DNA of 45,134 nucleotides, from contig JALUTT010000067.1 in NCBI GenBank assembly GCA_027021705.1, forward strand, positions 1 to 45,134, written 5' to 3'. The DNA comes from Anaerolineae bacterium (GTDB lineage: Bacteria; Chloroflexota; Anaerolineae; S140-20). Of the stretch, positions 35,454 through 44,920 are shown piece by piece. The number at the start of each line of letters is the position of its first letter. The stretch's first letter is position 1. Below the pieces are notes generated by a model, which did not search any database, was not told where the DNA came from, and was given only the letters and a program-made list of their open reading frames with translations. The position numbers and the translations under genes were made by a program.

Positions 35454-36677
35454 ATGGCCCAACTCAGCCTTTTCGCCACCAGTCAGCCGGCTCTGCCCTA
35501 CACCGTCAGCCAACTGACCGGCTACATCCGTCGCCTCCTGGAGGAGGACGCCGAGCTCCAGGACGTCTGGGTGGAGGGGGAAGTCTCCAACTTCCGCCGC
35601 TACACCTCCGGCCATTGCTACTTCACGCTGAAGGATGCGGGGGCGGAGCTCTCCTGCGTCCTGTGGCGGAGCATCGCCAACGGGCTGGACTACCTGCCGA
35701 CCGACGGGGACGCCGTGCTCGCCCACGGGCGGGTGGGTGTCTACGAGACGCGGGGGGTCTACCAGCTCTACGTGGACGCGCTGCGGCCGGCCGGCGTGGG
35801 AGACCTCTACCGCCAGTTCGAGCTCCTCAAGGCCCGTCTGGAGGCCGAAGGGCTCTTCGCGCCGGAGCGAAAGCGCCCGCTCCCCGCCTTTCCCCGTCGG
35901 ATCGGCGTCGTCACCTCGCCCGACGGCGCGGCCCTGCGGGACATCCTGCACGTGTTGGGGCGGCGGTACCCCCTGGTGGAAGTGCTCCTGGCCCCCACCC
36001 GGGTCCAGGGGACGGAAGCACCGGCCGAGATCCGGGCGGCCCTGGCGGCCCTCAACGCGCGGGACGACGTGGACCTGATCATCGTCGCCCGGGGTGGAGG
36101 CTCCCTGGAGGAGCTGTGGGCCTTCAACGACGAGGGCGTGGCCCGCGCCATCGCCGGCTCCCGCATCCCCGTCATCAGCGGGGTGGGGCACGAGACCGAC
36201 TTCACCATCGCCGACTTCGCCGCCGACGTGCGGGCGCCCACCCCCTCGGCGGCGGCGGAGATGGCCGTCCCCGACCGGATGGAGCTTCAGGCGGCCCTGG
36301 AGAAGCTGCAGCGGCGTCTGGTCGCCGCGATGGAGAAGCGGGTCGAGCGGCAGCGTTGGGCCCTGGCCGAGCAGCAGCGGGCGCTGAGACACCTGGCCCC
36401 CGCCGTCCGCATCGCCACCGCCCGCCAGCGGCTGGATGACCTGCTCCTCCGGGCGGGTGACCGCCTGCTCCACCGGTTGGCCCTGCAGCGGGAGCGGCTG
36501 AGCGGCCTGGTGGCCCGCCTGGAGAGCCTCAGCCCCCTGGCCACCCTGGAGCGGGGCTACGCCATCGTCCGCCACGCTGAGAGCGGGCGGATCGTCCACC
36601 GGGTGGACGACGTGGCTCCCGGCGATCCCCTCCAGGTCCGGGTGCAGGATGGAACCTTCGACGCCCGCGTGACGTGA
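35454..36677 (+). CDS. xseA: Exodeoxyribonuclease VII large subunit
   Basis: SGHCYFTLKD, RGGGSLEELWAFNDE, GHETD and TPSAAAE motifs; ATG at 35454. Confidence 0.96.
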   Translation: MAQLSLFATSQPALPYTVSQLTGYIRRLLEEDAELQDVWVEGEVSNFRRYTSGHCYFTLKDAGAELSCVLWRSIANGLDYLPTDGDAVLAHGRVGVYETRGVYQLYVDALRPAGVGDLYRQFELLKARLEAEGLFAPERKRPLPAFPRRIGVVTSPDGAALRDILHVLGRRYPLVEVLLAPTRVQGTEAPAEIRAALAALNARDDVDLIIVARGGGSLEELWAFNDEGVARAIAGSRIPVISGVGHETDFTIADFAADVRAPTPSAAAEMAVPDRMELQAALEKLQRRLVAAMEKRVERQRWALAEQQRALRHLAPAVRIATARQRLDDLLLRAGDRLLHRLALQRERLSGLVARLESLSPLATLERGYAIVRHAESGRIVHRVDDVAPGDPLQVRVQDGTFDARVT

Positions 36678-36705
36678 GGCGTGTTGCGTAGAGGAGGAGA
36701 CTGCT

Positions 36706-36936
36706 ATGGCCGATGACGATCTGGAGCGCCTCTCTTTTGAACAGGCTTTCAAAGAGCTGGAGCAGGTGGTGGCCCGGCTGGAGGGCGGGGACCTGACGCT
36801 GGAGGAGTCCATCGCCCTCTTCGAGCGGGGTCAGCAGTTGGCCGCCTACTGCGGTGCCAAGCTGGACGAGGCAGAACTGCGGATCCGCCGGATTGCGACG
36901 CCGGCTGCGGGGGCTTCCCAGGACGTCCTTTCCTGA
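36706..36936 (+). CDS. xseB: Exodeoxyribonuclease VII small subunit
   Basis: SFEQAFKELE...LEESIALFERG...C...LDEAE. Confidence 0.95.
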   Translation: MADDDLERLSFEQAFKELEQVVARLEGGDLTLEESIALFERGQQLAAYCGAKLDEAELRIRRIATPAAGASQDVLS

Positions 36937-36952
36937 CAGGGTGGGCGCTGCG

Positions 36953-37597
36953 ATGGGACGGTGGACACGGTGGCTGCTGGTGGGAGGGACCCTGTTCCTG
37001 CTGACCGTCGGCTCGGTCGCCTGTCGGAGGACCGATTCCCTGCCCTGGCGTGAGGACTTCTCCTCGCCGGAGAGCGGCTGGGACCGCTACGATGACGATT
37101 ACGGTGGCGCCGATTACCGGGACGGTCAGTACGTCGTCTGGGTGTGGGAGGAGCGCACCACCGTCTGGGGGAACGCCAACCGGGACTTCGACGATCTGGA
37201 CCTGGAGGTGACCGCCTGGGCCGATGCTCAGGGGGAGGCCGAGGTGGTCGAGTACGGCGTCCTCTGCCGCTATCAAGACGCAGACCACTTCTACTACTTG
37301 GGCGTCAGCAACGACGGCGTCGCCTTCATCCGGGTGGTGGACGGCGAGGACGATTTCCTGCACTCCTTGGGGCCGGAGGCGGTCCAGCTCAGCCCGGCGA
37401 TCCGGCGGGGGAACGAGCCCAATCGCCTGCGGGTCGTCTGCGATGGGGACCGGCTGGCCCTCTACGTGAACGGGTCGCTGGTCGTGGAGGGCCGGGACGA
37501 CCGCTTCCGCCACGGGGACATCGGGCTGGCGGCCGGCAGCTTCGCCGAGGTGGATGCGATCGTGCGCTTCGACGATCTGGAGGGAAGGAGGCCGTGA
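36953..37597 (+). CDS. Putative lipoprotein with concanavalin/DUF1080-like beta-sandwich (paralog 1)
   Basis: Signal peptide ending SVAC; EDFS...W, YG..CR...FY, N.LRV.C.G...LYVNG and G.IGL...FDDL. Confidence 0.7.
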   Translation: MGRWTRWLLVGGTLFLLTVGSVACRRTDSLPWREDFSSPESGWDRYDDDYGGADYRDGQYVVWVWEERTTVWGNANRDFDDLDLEVTAWADAQGEAEVVEYGVLCRYQDADHFYYLGVSNDGVAFIRVVDGEDDFLHSLGPEAVQLSPAIRRGNEPNRLRVVCDGDRLALYVNGSLVVEGRDDRFRHGDIGLAAGSFAEVDAIVRFDDLEGRRP

Positions 37598-38247
37598 GGC
37601 AACCCTGGTCGCTTCTGGTGATGGTGGCCCTGCTCGTCGCCCTGGCGGGCTGTGGCGGGGCCCGGAAGGGCTCTTCCGCCCAAGGGCTCTCCCCGCTGCC
37701 CTACGAGGACGCCTTCGACGATCCGACCGGCGGGTGGTATACTGAGGAACGGCCCGAGGTGACCATTGCCTATCGGGATGGGGCGTTACACATCCTGGTC
37801 CAGGTGGAGGGCTATGCGGCCTGGAGCGTCGTCGAGCGTCGTTTCCGGGACTTCATCGTCGAAGTGGACGCCACCCAGGTTGAGGGGCCGGACAACAACA
37901 GCTACGGCCTGATCCTCCGCCACGTGGACGACGATCACTTCTACCGCTTCGACATCAGCGGCGACGGCTACTACAACATCCAGAAGTGGGTGGATGGGGA
38001 GCCTCAGGGGCTCATCCCCGATTGGACCCCCTCTGAGGCGATCCACCAAGGGGCAGCTACCAACCACCTGCGGGTGGTCGCCCGGGGGCCGACGATGACC
38101 TTCTACGTCAACGGCGTCGAGCTGGCCCAGGTGGAGGATGGGGACTACCCGGAGGGGCGGATCGGCCTGGTGGTGGGAACCTTCCTGGATGCGCCGGGGG
38201 CCCACATTGCCTTCGACAACCTGCGCGTTCTGCCCGTCGGCGAGTAG
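37594..38247 (+). CDS. Putative lipoprotein with concanavalin/DUF1080-like beta-sandwich (paralog 2)
   Basis: GTG at 37594 overlaps the previous stop; lipobox LAGC; same motif set as paralog 1. Confidence 0.72.
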   Translation: MRQPWSLLVMVALLVALAGCGGARKGSSAQGLSPLPYEDAFDDPTGGWYTEERPEVTIAYRDGALHILVQVEGYAAWSVVERRFRDFIVEVDATQVEGPDNNSYGLILRHVDDDHFYRFDISGDGYYNIQKWVDGEPQGLIPDWTPSEAIHQGAATNHLRVVARGPTMTFYVNGVELAQVEDGDYPEGRIGLVVGTFLDAPGAHIAFDNLRVLPVGE

Positions 38248-38262
38248 GGGCGTTCAGGGACG

Positions 38263-39546
38263 ATGCGCGTTTACCTCACCTTTCTGGGATGTCGGGTCAA
38301 CGAGAGTGAGATCGAGAGCCTGGGGCGGGACTTCCTGCGGGCCGGCCACCGGCTGGTCACCGATCCGGCCCAGGCAGACCTGGTTGTCGTCAACACCTGC
38401 ACGGTGACGGGGGAGGCGGGCCGCAAGTCGCGCCGCCTCATCCGCCGGCTGCACCGGATCAACCCGCGGGCCGACTTGGCCGTCACCGGCTGCCACGTGG
38501 AAGCGGCGTGGGAGGAGGTGGCCGTCCTGCCCGGCGTGCGCTGGCTCGTCGGCAACGCCGACAAAGAGCGGCTGGTGGAGATCGTCGCGCCGCCGGCGGC
38601 CCCGATGGACCGGGAGCCCCTGCTGCGCGACTGGCGGCCCGGTCGTTGGGGGCACACCCGGGCCTTCGTCAAGGTGCAGGATGGCTGCGACAACCGCTGC
38701 ACCTTCTGCGTCACCACGCTGGTGCGCGGGACGGGACGCAGCCGGCCCCTCGCCGACGTGGTGCGCGAGGTCCAGGCCCTGGTCGAGGCGGGCTACCGGG
38801 AGGTGGTCTTGACCGGCATCCACCTGGGCTCCTACGGCCACGATTGGGGGGACCGCCAGGGGTTGCGCCACCTGGTCGAGGCGCTGCTGACCGACACCGA
38901 CCTGCTCCGACTGCGCCTCTCCTCGCTGGAACCCTGGGACCTGGACGAAGCCTTCTTCCGGCTGTGGGAGAGCCCCCGGCTCTGCCCGCACCTGCACCTG
39001 CCCCTGCAGTCGGGCTGCGATGCCACGCTGCGCCGTATGGCCCGCCGGACCACGACGGCCCGGTATCGCCGGCTGGTCGAAGCGGCCCGGTCCGCCATCC
39101 CCGACCTGGCCCTGACCACCGACATCATCGTCGGCTTCCCCGGCGAGACGGAGGAGGCGTTTCGCCGGAGCTACGACTTCGTGGCCGAGATCGGCTTTGC
39201 CAAGCTGCACGTCTTCCCCTACTCCCCCCGGCCGGGGACGGCGGCGGCGCGGATGGCCGATCAGGTTCCGCCGGCGGTCAAGGTAGCGCGGGGCCGGGCG
39301 ATGCGCCACCTGGGGGAACGGATGGCCCGGGCCTTTCGGGAGCGTTTCCTGGGGCGGACGTTGCCGGTGCTCTGGGAGGGGGCGGTGGAGCCGTCGGAGC
39401 CGGGGGAGGGAGGGCGACGGTGGGAGGGGCTGACGCCCAACTACCTGCGGGTGGTGGCGGTCCACCCGGACGATCTGCACAACGCCATCACCTCCACCCG
39501 CTTGGTCGCCCTCCAGAACGGCCATCTGGTGGGGGAGGTAGCATAG
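38263..39546 (+). CDS. mtaB: tRNA t6A37 methylthiotransferase (radical SAM)
   Basis: LGCRVN, NTCTVT, VTGC, KVQDGCDNRCTFC, LTGIHLG and HVFPYSPRPGT motifs. Confidence 0.9.
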   Translation: MRVYLTFLGCRVNESEIESLGRDFLRAGHRLVTDPAQADLVVVNTCTVTGEAGRKSRRLIRRLHRINPRADLAVTGCHVEAAWEEVAVLPGVRWLVGNADKERLVEIVAPPAAPMDREPLLRDWRPGRWGHTRAFVKVQDGCDNRCTFCVTTLVRGTGRSRPLADVVREVQALVEAGYREVVLTGIHLGSYGHDWGDRQGLRHLVEALLTDTDLLRLRLSSLEPWDLDEAFFRLWESPRLCPHLHLPLQSGCDATLRRMARRTTTARYRRLVEAARSAIPDLALTTDIIVGFPGETEEAFRRSYDFVAEIGFAKLHVFPYSPRPGTAAARMADQVPPAVKVARGRAMRHLGERMARAFRERFLGRTLPVLWEGAVEPSEPGEGGRRWEGLTPNYLRVVAVHPDDLHNAITSTRLVALQNGHLVGEVA

Positions 39547-39612
39547 GGTGTTAGAACGGCCAGACTGGGTGGAGCGTTATAACCGCTTGGTTCAACAGCT
39601 TGGGGGGAGGTT

Positions 39613-39960
39613 ATGACCCAGGACTGCGTCTTCTGCCGCATCGTCGCCGGGGAGGCACCGGCTCAGATCGTCTATCAGGATGACCTGGTCACCGCCTTTT
39701 GGGACATCCGTCCGGTGGCTCCGGTTCACATCCTCATCGCCCCCAACGCCCACTACCGTTCCCTCAACGAGATGGGGCCGGAGGAAGAGGCGGTGGCCGG
39801 TCGGATGATGCTGGTGGCCCGACAGATCGCCCAGGAGCAGGGGATCGCCGATCGGGGCTATCGGCTCATCCTCAACACCGGGCGGGATGCCGGGCAGGTG
39901 GTCTTCCACGTTCACCTTCACCTGCTGGGCGGCCGCCGTATGCGCTACCCGCTGGGCTGA
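39613..39960 (+). CDS. Histidine triad nucleotide-binding protein (Hint)
   Basis: DCVFCRI...GQVVFHVHLHLLGG. Confidence 0.93.
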   Translation: MTQDCVFCRIVAGEAPAQIVYQDDLVTAFWDIRPVAPVHILIAPNAHYRSLNEMGPEEEAVAGRMMLVARQIAQEQGIADRGYRLILNTGRDAGQVVFHVHLHLLGGRRMRYPLG

Positions 39961-40007
39961 CTTTGTGCCCCACTCACGCCCTACGTTTCACGCCAAGGAG
40001 GAACCCA

Positions 40008-40340
40008 ATGGACATCTCCACCACGTCTTACAAGCGCTGTGAGCTGGTCGAGGTGGCCGGCCGGATAGACAGTGCTTCGGCTCCACGCTTCGAGGAAGCT
40101 CTCCAGGAGGTCCTGGAGCGGAAGCGGTACAACATTGTGCTGGACCTCTCCGGTCTGGAGTACATCAGCAGCGCCGGCCTGCGGGCGATGGTCTCTACCC
40201 AGAAGGTCTGCAAGGAGCACGGTGGGCAGTTGGTCCTGGCCGCCGTTCCCAAGGCCATTCAAGAAGTGCTCGACTTGACCGGCCTGGATGCTCTCTTCAC
40301 CGCCTATCCCGACACGGTCTCGGCGGTGGGGAGTTTCTGA
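40008..40340 (+). CDS. STAS-domain anti-sigma factor antagonist (RsbV/SpoIIAA-like)
   Basis: GRID...LDLSGLEYISSAGL; AAGGAGG SD. Confidence 0.9.
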   Translation: MDISTTSYKRCELVEVAGRIDSASAPRFEEALQEVLERKRYNIVLDLSGLEYISSAGLRAMVSTQKVCKEHGGQLVLAAVPKAIQEVLDLTGLDALFTAYPDTVSAVGSF

Positions 40341-40387
40341 GGGCCTGTTGGAAGCCCCTAGGCCCTGTTGAAAGCTGTACCAGAGCT

Positions 40388-40804
40388 ATGGAGCGATCGC
40401 TGACAGTGCCGGCCCGGTTCACCGAGTTGGCCCATATCGCCGAATTCATTGCCCAAGCTGGCCGGGAAGCGGGGCTGGACGAGCGCACCCTCTTCCACGT
40501 GCAGATGGCGGTGGACGAGGCCTGCTCCAACATCATCGAGCACGCTTATGGCGGGGAGAGCGATGAACGGATCAGGCTGAGCTGGCACTGCGAGGGGGAG
40601 AAGTTCGTCGTAACCATCCAGGATTGGGGCGAACCCTTCGACCCTTCTGCCGTGCCGGTGCCCCGACTGGACGTTCCCCTGGAGGAGGTGCCCGTGGGGG
40701 GGTTGGGACTCTACATTATGCGCAAACTGATGGACGAGGTCACCTTCCACTTCGATGAAGTGGAGGGCAACATCTTGCGGATGGTCAAGCGATGTCCTCG
40801 GTGA
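40388..40804 (+). CDS. Anti-sigma factor Ser/Thr kinase (RsbW-like HATPase)
   Basis: AVDEACSNIIEHAY, D.G.PFDP and GGLGLYIMRKLMD motifs. Confidence 0.9.
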   Translation: MERSLTVPARFTELAHIAEFIAQAGREAGLDERTLFHVQMAVDEACSNIIEHAYGGESDERIRLSWHCEGEKFVVTIQDWGEPFDPSAVPVPRLDVPLEEVPVGGLGLYIMRKLMDEVTFHFDEVEGNILRMVKRCPR

Positions 40805-41172
40805 TTCCCGTCGTCGTGGAGCGAATCGAAGATAGGGGTGGGGCTGAGGGGGAAGAGGGCATCTGGCGGGTTGTCCCCCAAGGACGGCTGGACGCCCGCA
40901 CCGTGTCGGCCCTGGAGTCCGCCCTCGAATCCGCCCTCTCCCAAAGCCCCCGCCTGGTGGTGGATATGAGCGAGGTGCCTTACATCTCCAGCGGTGGTCT
41001 GCGGGCTTTGATGGCCGCTCGACGCCGGGCGAGGGCTCAAGGGGGTGACCTGAGGCTTTGCGGGCTCAATGAACGGGTCGAGGAGATCTTCGATCTGATC
41101 GGCTTTGCGGCCCTCTTCCCCATCTTTGGGAGTCTGGAGGAAGCGGTGGAGTCATTCCGCCAGGAGGGGTGA
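40792..41172 (+). CDS. Second STAS-domain anti-sigma factor antagonist
   Basis: GRLD...VDMSEVPYISSGGL. Confidence 0.88.
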   Translation: MSSVIPVVVERIEDRGGAEGEEGIWRVVPQGRLDARTVSALESALESALSQSPRLVVDMSEVPYISSGGLRALMAARRRARAQGGDLRLCGLNERVEEIFDLIGFAALFPIFGSLEEAVESFRQEG

Positions 41173-41252
41173 CCTAGCGGCGTCCAGGGGGCTTCCTCGT
41201 CCGTGTCAGCGGCCAGTCAGGCCGCTTTTTTACGAGGGAAGCTCCGGCGGGA

Positions 41253-41498
41253 TTAGAATCCCAGGAAGTGGCGGAAGGCGAGGAAGATCAACACACCTAG
41301 GACGACCAGGAGCACCATCCCCTGGAGCATTGTCCAGAATCCTTTTAGGAGGTTTGTCACGAAGGATGAGAAGGCCTCGATAAGTTGGCTGGCCCCCTGA
41401 GAAGCCCGTCCAGCTCCCAGGGTCAGAAGCCCCAGCCCTCCCAGAAGCGTGAGAAAGAGCGCCGCGAAGCTGGGATCAATTGAGGTCAAGTCAAACAT
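41253..41498 (-). CDS. Small hypothetical membrane protein (2 TM)
   Basis: GAGGG SD; two hydrophobic helices; own promoter. Confidence 0.6.
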   Translation of the reverse strand: MFDLTSIDPSFAALFLTLLGGLGLLTLGAGRASQGASQLIEAFSSFVTNLLKGFWTMLQGMVLLVVLGVLIFLAFRHFLGF

Positions 41499-41548
41499 TT
41501 TGCATCCCTCCGACCCATCTCGCTGTGTCGCCGGACCGCTTGTGGGCT

Positions 41549-41577
41549 ATTGTATCACCATTTTGCGTCCAAGGCAA
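41549..41577 (-). promoter_or_regulatory. Sigma70 promoter
   Basis: Minus strand TTGCCT-N17-TACAAT. Confidence 0.55.
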
Positions 41578-41626
41578 TCCCTAATGAGAGAAAGAGGTTG
41601 GTTGGTGCGAATAACCCCCGGGGCAG

Positions 41627-41657
41627 GACCTCTGAAGTCCGCCGGACTTCGGAAGTC
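41627..41657. repeat. REP-like palindrome pair GACCTCTGAAGTC...GACTTCGGAAGTC
   Basis: gacctctgaagtc-cgccg-gacttcggaagtc hairpin, intergenic. Confidence 0.5.
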
Positions 41658-41741
41658 TACGGCGGTTAACCCAACGCTTCTTCACACTAACGAAGATTGT
41701 CCATCGCCGGTGGCCGGTAGTCGGGAAGGCAAGAGGTTGCG

Positions 41742-44597
41742 ATGAGTGGGTGGTGGCTTCACGCCGTCCTGGGAGGGGCCATTGCTGCGGTGATCTGGCT
41801 ATTGCGTCGGCGCTGGCGCTCCCGACGGGCGCTGGAAGCCCGCGTGGCCGAACTGACCGCCCTCAGCCAGGCGGGCCGGGCGATCCTGGAGGCGCCTCCC
41901 GACGTGGATCGCCTCTGCGAACTGATCTACCAGCAGGCCAGCCAGATCGTGGACACCTCCAACTTCCAGTTGGGGCTCTTCGAGGATGGTCAGTACCGGA
42001 TCAAGGTCTGGGTGCGGCGCGGAGAGCGACAGCCCCCCGCCAGCTTTGATCTGACGGATAATGGGGGACTGGTCGGCTGGATGCGGAGGAGCCGACAACC
42101 CCTCTTGGTGCATGATTTCCTTCGTGAATTGGACCGCCTGCCTGCCCGTCCCCGCTACGTCTCGGATGATCCCCCTCGCTCGGCCATCTTCGTCCCCCTT
42201 ATCGCCCAGGAGCGGGTGATCGGGGCGATGGCCATCCAGAGCTACCGGCCGGCCGCCTTCACGCCGGACCACCAGCGGTTGCTCTCCATCATCGCCAATC
42301 AGGCCGCCGCCGCCATCGAAAATGCCCGCCTCTTCCAACAGGCCCAGCGGCGTGCCCGCCAGCTCACCCTCATCGGTCAGGTCAGCCGTCAGGTCACCGC
42401 CGTCCTGGAGCTGGACGATCTCTTCCAGCGGGTGGTCACGCTGATCCATCAAACCTTCGGCTACTACCACGTCGCTCTCTGCACCGTGGACGAGGCCCGT
42501 CAGGAGGTCGTCTTTCAGGCCAGCCTGCGCCCCGAACTGGAGGACCTGCGTCTTCCCCTAGGGGAAGGGCTGGTGGGCAGCGTGGCCCAGAGTGGCGAGC
42601 CGGCCTTGGTCAACGACGTCAGCCGAGACGAGCGTTATCTCTTCCTGGCCGCGCTACCGGAAACCCGGAGCGAGTTGGTCGTCCCCCTCAAGATCGAGGG
42701 ACGGGTCCTGGGCGTCCTGGACGTGCAGAGCGATGGTCTGCACGCCTTCTCCAATGACGACCTCTTCATCTTAGAGACGCTGGCCGACCAGGTGGCCATC
42801 GCCATCCAGGAGGCGCGGATGTATGCCCAGGCGCAAGAGCGGGCGCGCCAGTTGGCCGTCATCAGCGAGGTGGGCCGAGCCGTCGTCTCCATCCTGGACC
42901 TGGACCGCCTGCTGGACCAGGTGGTGATGCTGGTGCAGACCCGGCTGGGATATCCCTATGTCTCCCTCTTCGTCGTCTCCGAGGACGAAGACCTGGTGCG
43001 CTATCAAGCCGGCATCGGGCGGGACGACCGATCCTCCCCGCTGAGGGGACAGACCTATCACCTCGACGACCCCAATCCGGTCCCCTGGGTCGCCGTCCAT
43101 GGGGAGCCCCTCCTCGTCCACGATCTCCACCAGGACGCCCGGTGGCGCGCCGGAGCCGGTCCCGAGGTCATCCGTTCCGTCCTAGCGGTGCCGTTGAAGA
43201 TCGGCAAGCGGGTCATCGGGGTCCTGCAAGTGCAGAGCGAGGAAGTGGGGGCTTTCGGCGAGGAGGATCGCTTCCTGTTGCAGACCTTGGCCGATACCGT
43301 GGCGGTGGCCTTGCGCAACGCCGAGCTCTACGCGGCCGAGCAGGCGCAGGCGTGGGTCTCGACGGCGCTGCTCCAAGTGGCCGAGGCGGTCGTCCGCCAG
43401 GCCGAACTGAGCGATGTGCTCGACGTCGTCGCCCGACTGACGCCGATGCTGGTCGGCGTCGAGGTCTGTCTCATCCTGACTTGGGACGAGACGCGGCAGG
43501 TCCTGCTGCCTGGCGCGGCCTACGGCTTGGATCGGGAGCGGTTCGAGCGCTTCCGGTCCCTTCGGCTGCCCAGAGAGGCGTGGCCCGCCCTCCTGGAGCC
43601 GCCAGCCGAGGAGCGGATTGGACGGGGAATCGAGCCCCTGGAGGGGCCGGTTGCCTCGGCTCTCTCCACGGCGCTGGGCCTCACGGCACCTGTGGCCTTT
43701 CCTCTGTGGACGCGGGGGAAGCTGAGAGGGGTCCTCGTTGTCACGCTTCCGGCGGAGCACCCTGCTCCGACGGAGTATCAGATGATGATCCTAGGTGGCG
43801 TGGCCCGTCAGACGGCGATGGCCATCGAAAACGCCCGCCTTCAGGAGGAGGCAGTGGTCCGTCAGCGGCTGGAGCAGGAGCTAGAGGTCGCCCGGAGCAT
43901 CCAGGAGAGCTTCCTGCCCCGGCGGCCTCCGGAGATCCCCGGCTGGGAGATCGCCGCCCTCTGGCAGGCCGCCCGGCAGGTGAGCGGCGACTTCTACGAC
44001 TTCATCCCCCTGCCCCAGGGGCGGTGGGGGCTGGCCATCGCCGACGTGGCCGACAAGGGGGTGCCGGCGGCCCTCTTCATGGCCCTCTGCCGCACCCTCC
44101 TGCGGGCGGTGGCGGTGGATGGGCGAGGACCGGCCCAGGTCCTGGTCCGGGCCAACGAGTTGATCCTGAGCGATGCCCGGTCGGACCTCTTCGTTACCGT
44201 CTTCTACGGTGTGCTGGAGCCTATCGGAGGACGTTTCACTTTTGCCAGCGGCGGTCACAACCCTCCCTTGCTCTTTCGGGCGGGTGCTGAGCATCCCGTC
44301 CTCCTGACGGGCCAGGGGATGGCCCTGGGTGTCGTCGAAGAGGTGCACCCCGAGGAGCGGTGGGTGGACCTGGAGCCCGAGGACCTGCTGATCCTCTACA
44401 CCGATGGGGTCACCGAGGCCATCAACGAGCAGGAGGAGGAGTTCGGGCTGGAGCGGCTGCGCCGGGTGGTGGTGGCCCATCGGGAGCGGCCGGCCGCCGA
44501 GATCGCTCAAGCGATCGGAGACGCCGTCGCCGCCTTCACCGGCGATGTTCCCCGCTTCGACGACCTGACGCTGGTTGTCCTCCGACGCCTCCCCTGA
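41742..44597 (+). CDS. Membrane-anchored multi-GAF SpoIIE/RsbU-type PP2C phosphatase
   Basis: N-terminal TM helix; about 4 GAF repeats (VPL...IG...QS...F); VSGDFYD, IADVADKG, GHNPP, YTDGVTEA and DDLT motifs. Confidence 0.92.
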   Translation: MSGWWLHAVLGGAIAAVIWLLRRRWRSRRALEARVAELTALSQAGRAILEAPPDVDRLCELIYQQASQIVDTSNFQLGLFEDGQYRIKVWVRRGERQPPASFDLTDNGGLVGWMRRSRQPLLVHDFLRELDRLPARPRYVSDDPPRSAIFVPLIAQERVIGAMAIQSYRPAAFTPDHQRLLSIIANQAAAAIENARLFQQAQRRARQLTLIGQVSRQVTAVLELDDLFQRVVTLIHQTFGYYHVALCTVDEARQEVVFQASLRPELEDLRLPLGEGLVGSVAQSGEPALVNDVSRDERYLFLAALPETRSELVVPLKIEGRVLGVLDVQSDGLHAFSNDDLFILETLADQVAIAIQEARMYAQAQERARQLAVISEVGRAVVSILDLDRLLDQVVMLVQTRLGYPYVSLFVVSEDEDLVRYQAGIGRDDRSSPLRGQTYHLDDPNPVPWVAVHGEPLLVHDLHQDARWRAGAGPEVIRSVLAVPLKIGKRVIGVLQVQSEEVGAFGEEDRFLLQTLADTVAVALRNAELYAAEQAQAWVSTALLQVAEAVVRQAELSDVLDVVARLTPMLVGVEVCLILTWDETRQVLLPGAAYGLDRERFERFRSLRLPREAWPALLEPPAEERIGRGIEPLEGPVASALSTALGLTAPVAFPLWTRGKLRGVLVVTLPAEHPAPTEYQMMILGGVARQTAMAIENARLQEEAVVRQRLEQELEVARSIQESFLPRRPPEIPGWEIAALWQAARQVSGDFYDFIPLPQGRWGLAIADVADKGVPAALFMALCRTLLRAVAVDGRGPAQVLVRANELILSDARSDLFVTVFYGVLEPIGGRFTFASGGHNPPLLFRAGAEHPVLLTGQGMALGVVEEVHPEERWVDLEPEDLLILYTDGVTEAINEQEEEFGLERLRRVVVAHRERPAAEIAQAIGDAVAAFTGDVPRFDDLTLVVLRRLP

Positions 44598-44784
44598 CGG
44601 AGGTCGCACCGGGGTGGGCGTGATGGCGCGACGATGCGCCGTCTGTAGCCTCGGCGTCCGATTCCGGGGTGCTGCCGTCCGCGAACGGACAGGTGGGGAT
44701 GGGCGGGAGGATTGGCCCAGTGTCGTCTGTTCTACGGCGGTGCTGGGGGCGTCGGCCTGGGAATCCATAGGCCGTTCGCCGGGC

Positions 44785-44813
44785 TTGTGCTGGGGCCGGG
44801 GTTGTGTTACAAT
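44785..44813 (+). promoter_or_regulatory. Possible sigma70 promoter
   Basis: TTGTGC-N17-TACAAT with an extended TG. Confidence 0.45.
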
Positions 44814-44827
44814 CCCCGGCAGCGCCG

Positions 44828-44920
44828 GCCGCAGTCCGCAGTCCGCTGTTTGGTCGGGTGGTCGCTTGGTCGCTTGGTCCGCAGTCCGCAGTCCATAGTC
44901 CTCGGTCCGCTGCTAGGCCG
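44828..44920. repeat. Degenerate 7/8-nt tandem array (CAGTCCG/TGGTCGC)
   Basis: cagtccg cagtccg ... tggtcggg tggtcgct tggtcgct tggtccg cagtccg cagtcca tagtcct cggtccg. Confidence 0.8.

Noticed and set aside
40341..40376. Short direct repeat ggcctgttggaagc / gccctgttgaaagc
   Set aside because: Too short and degenerate to support a mobile-element or operator call.
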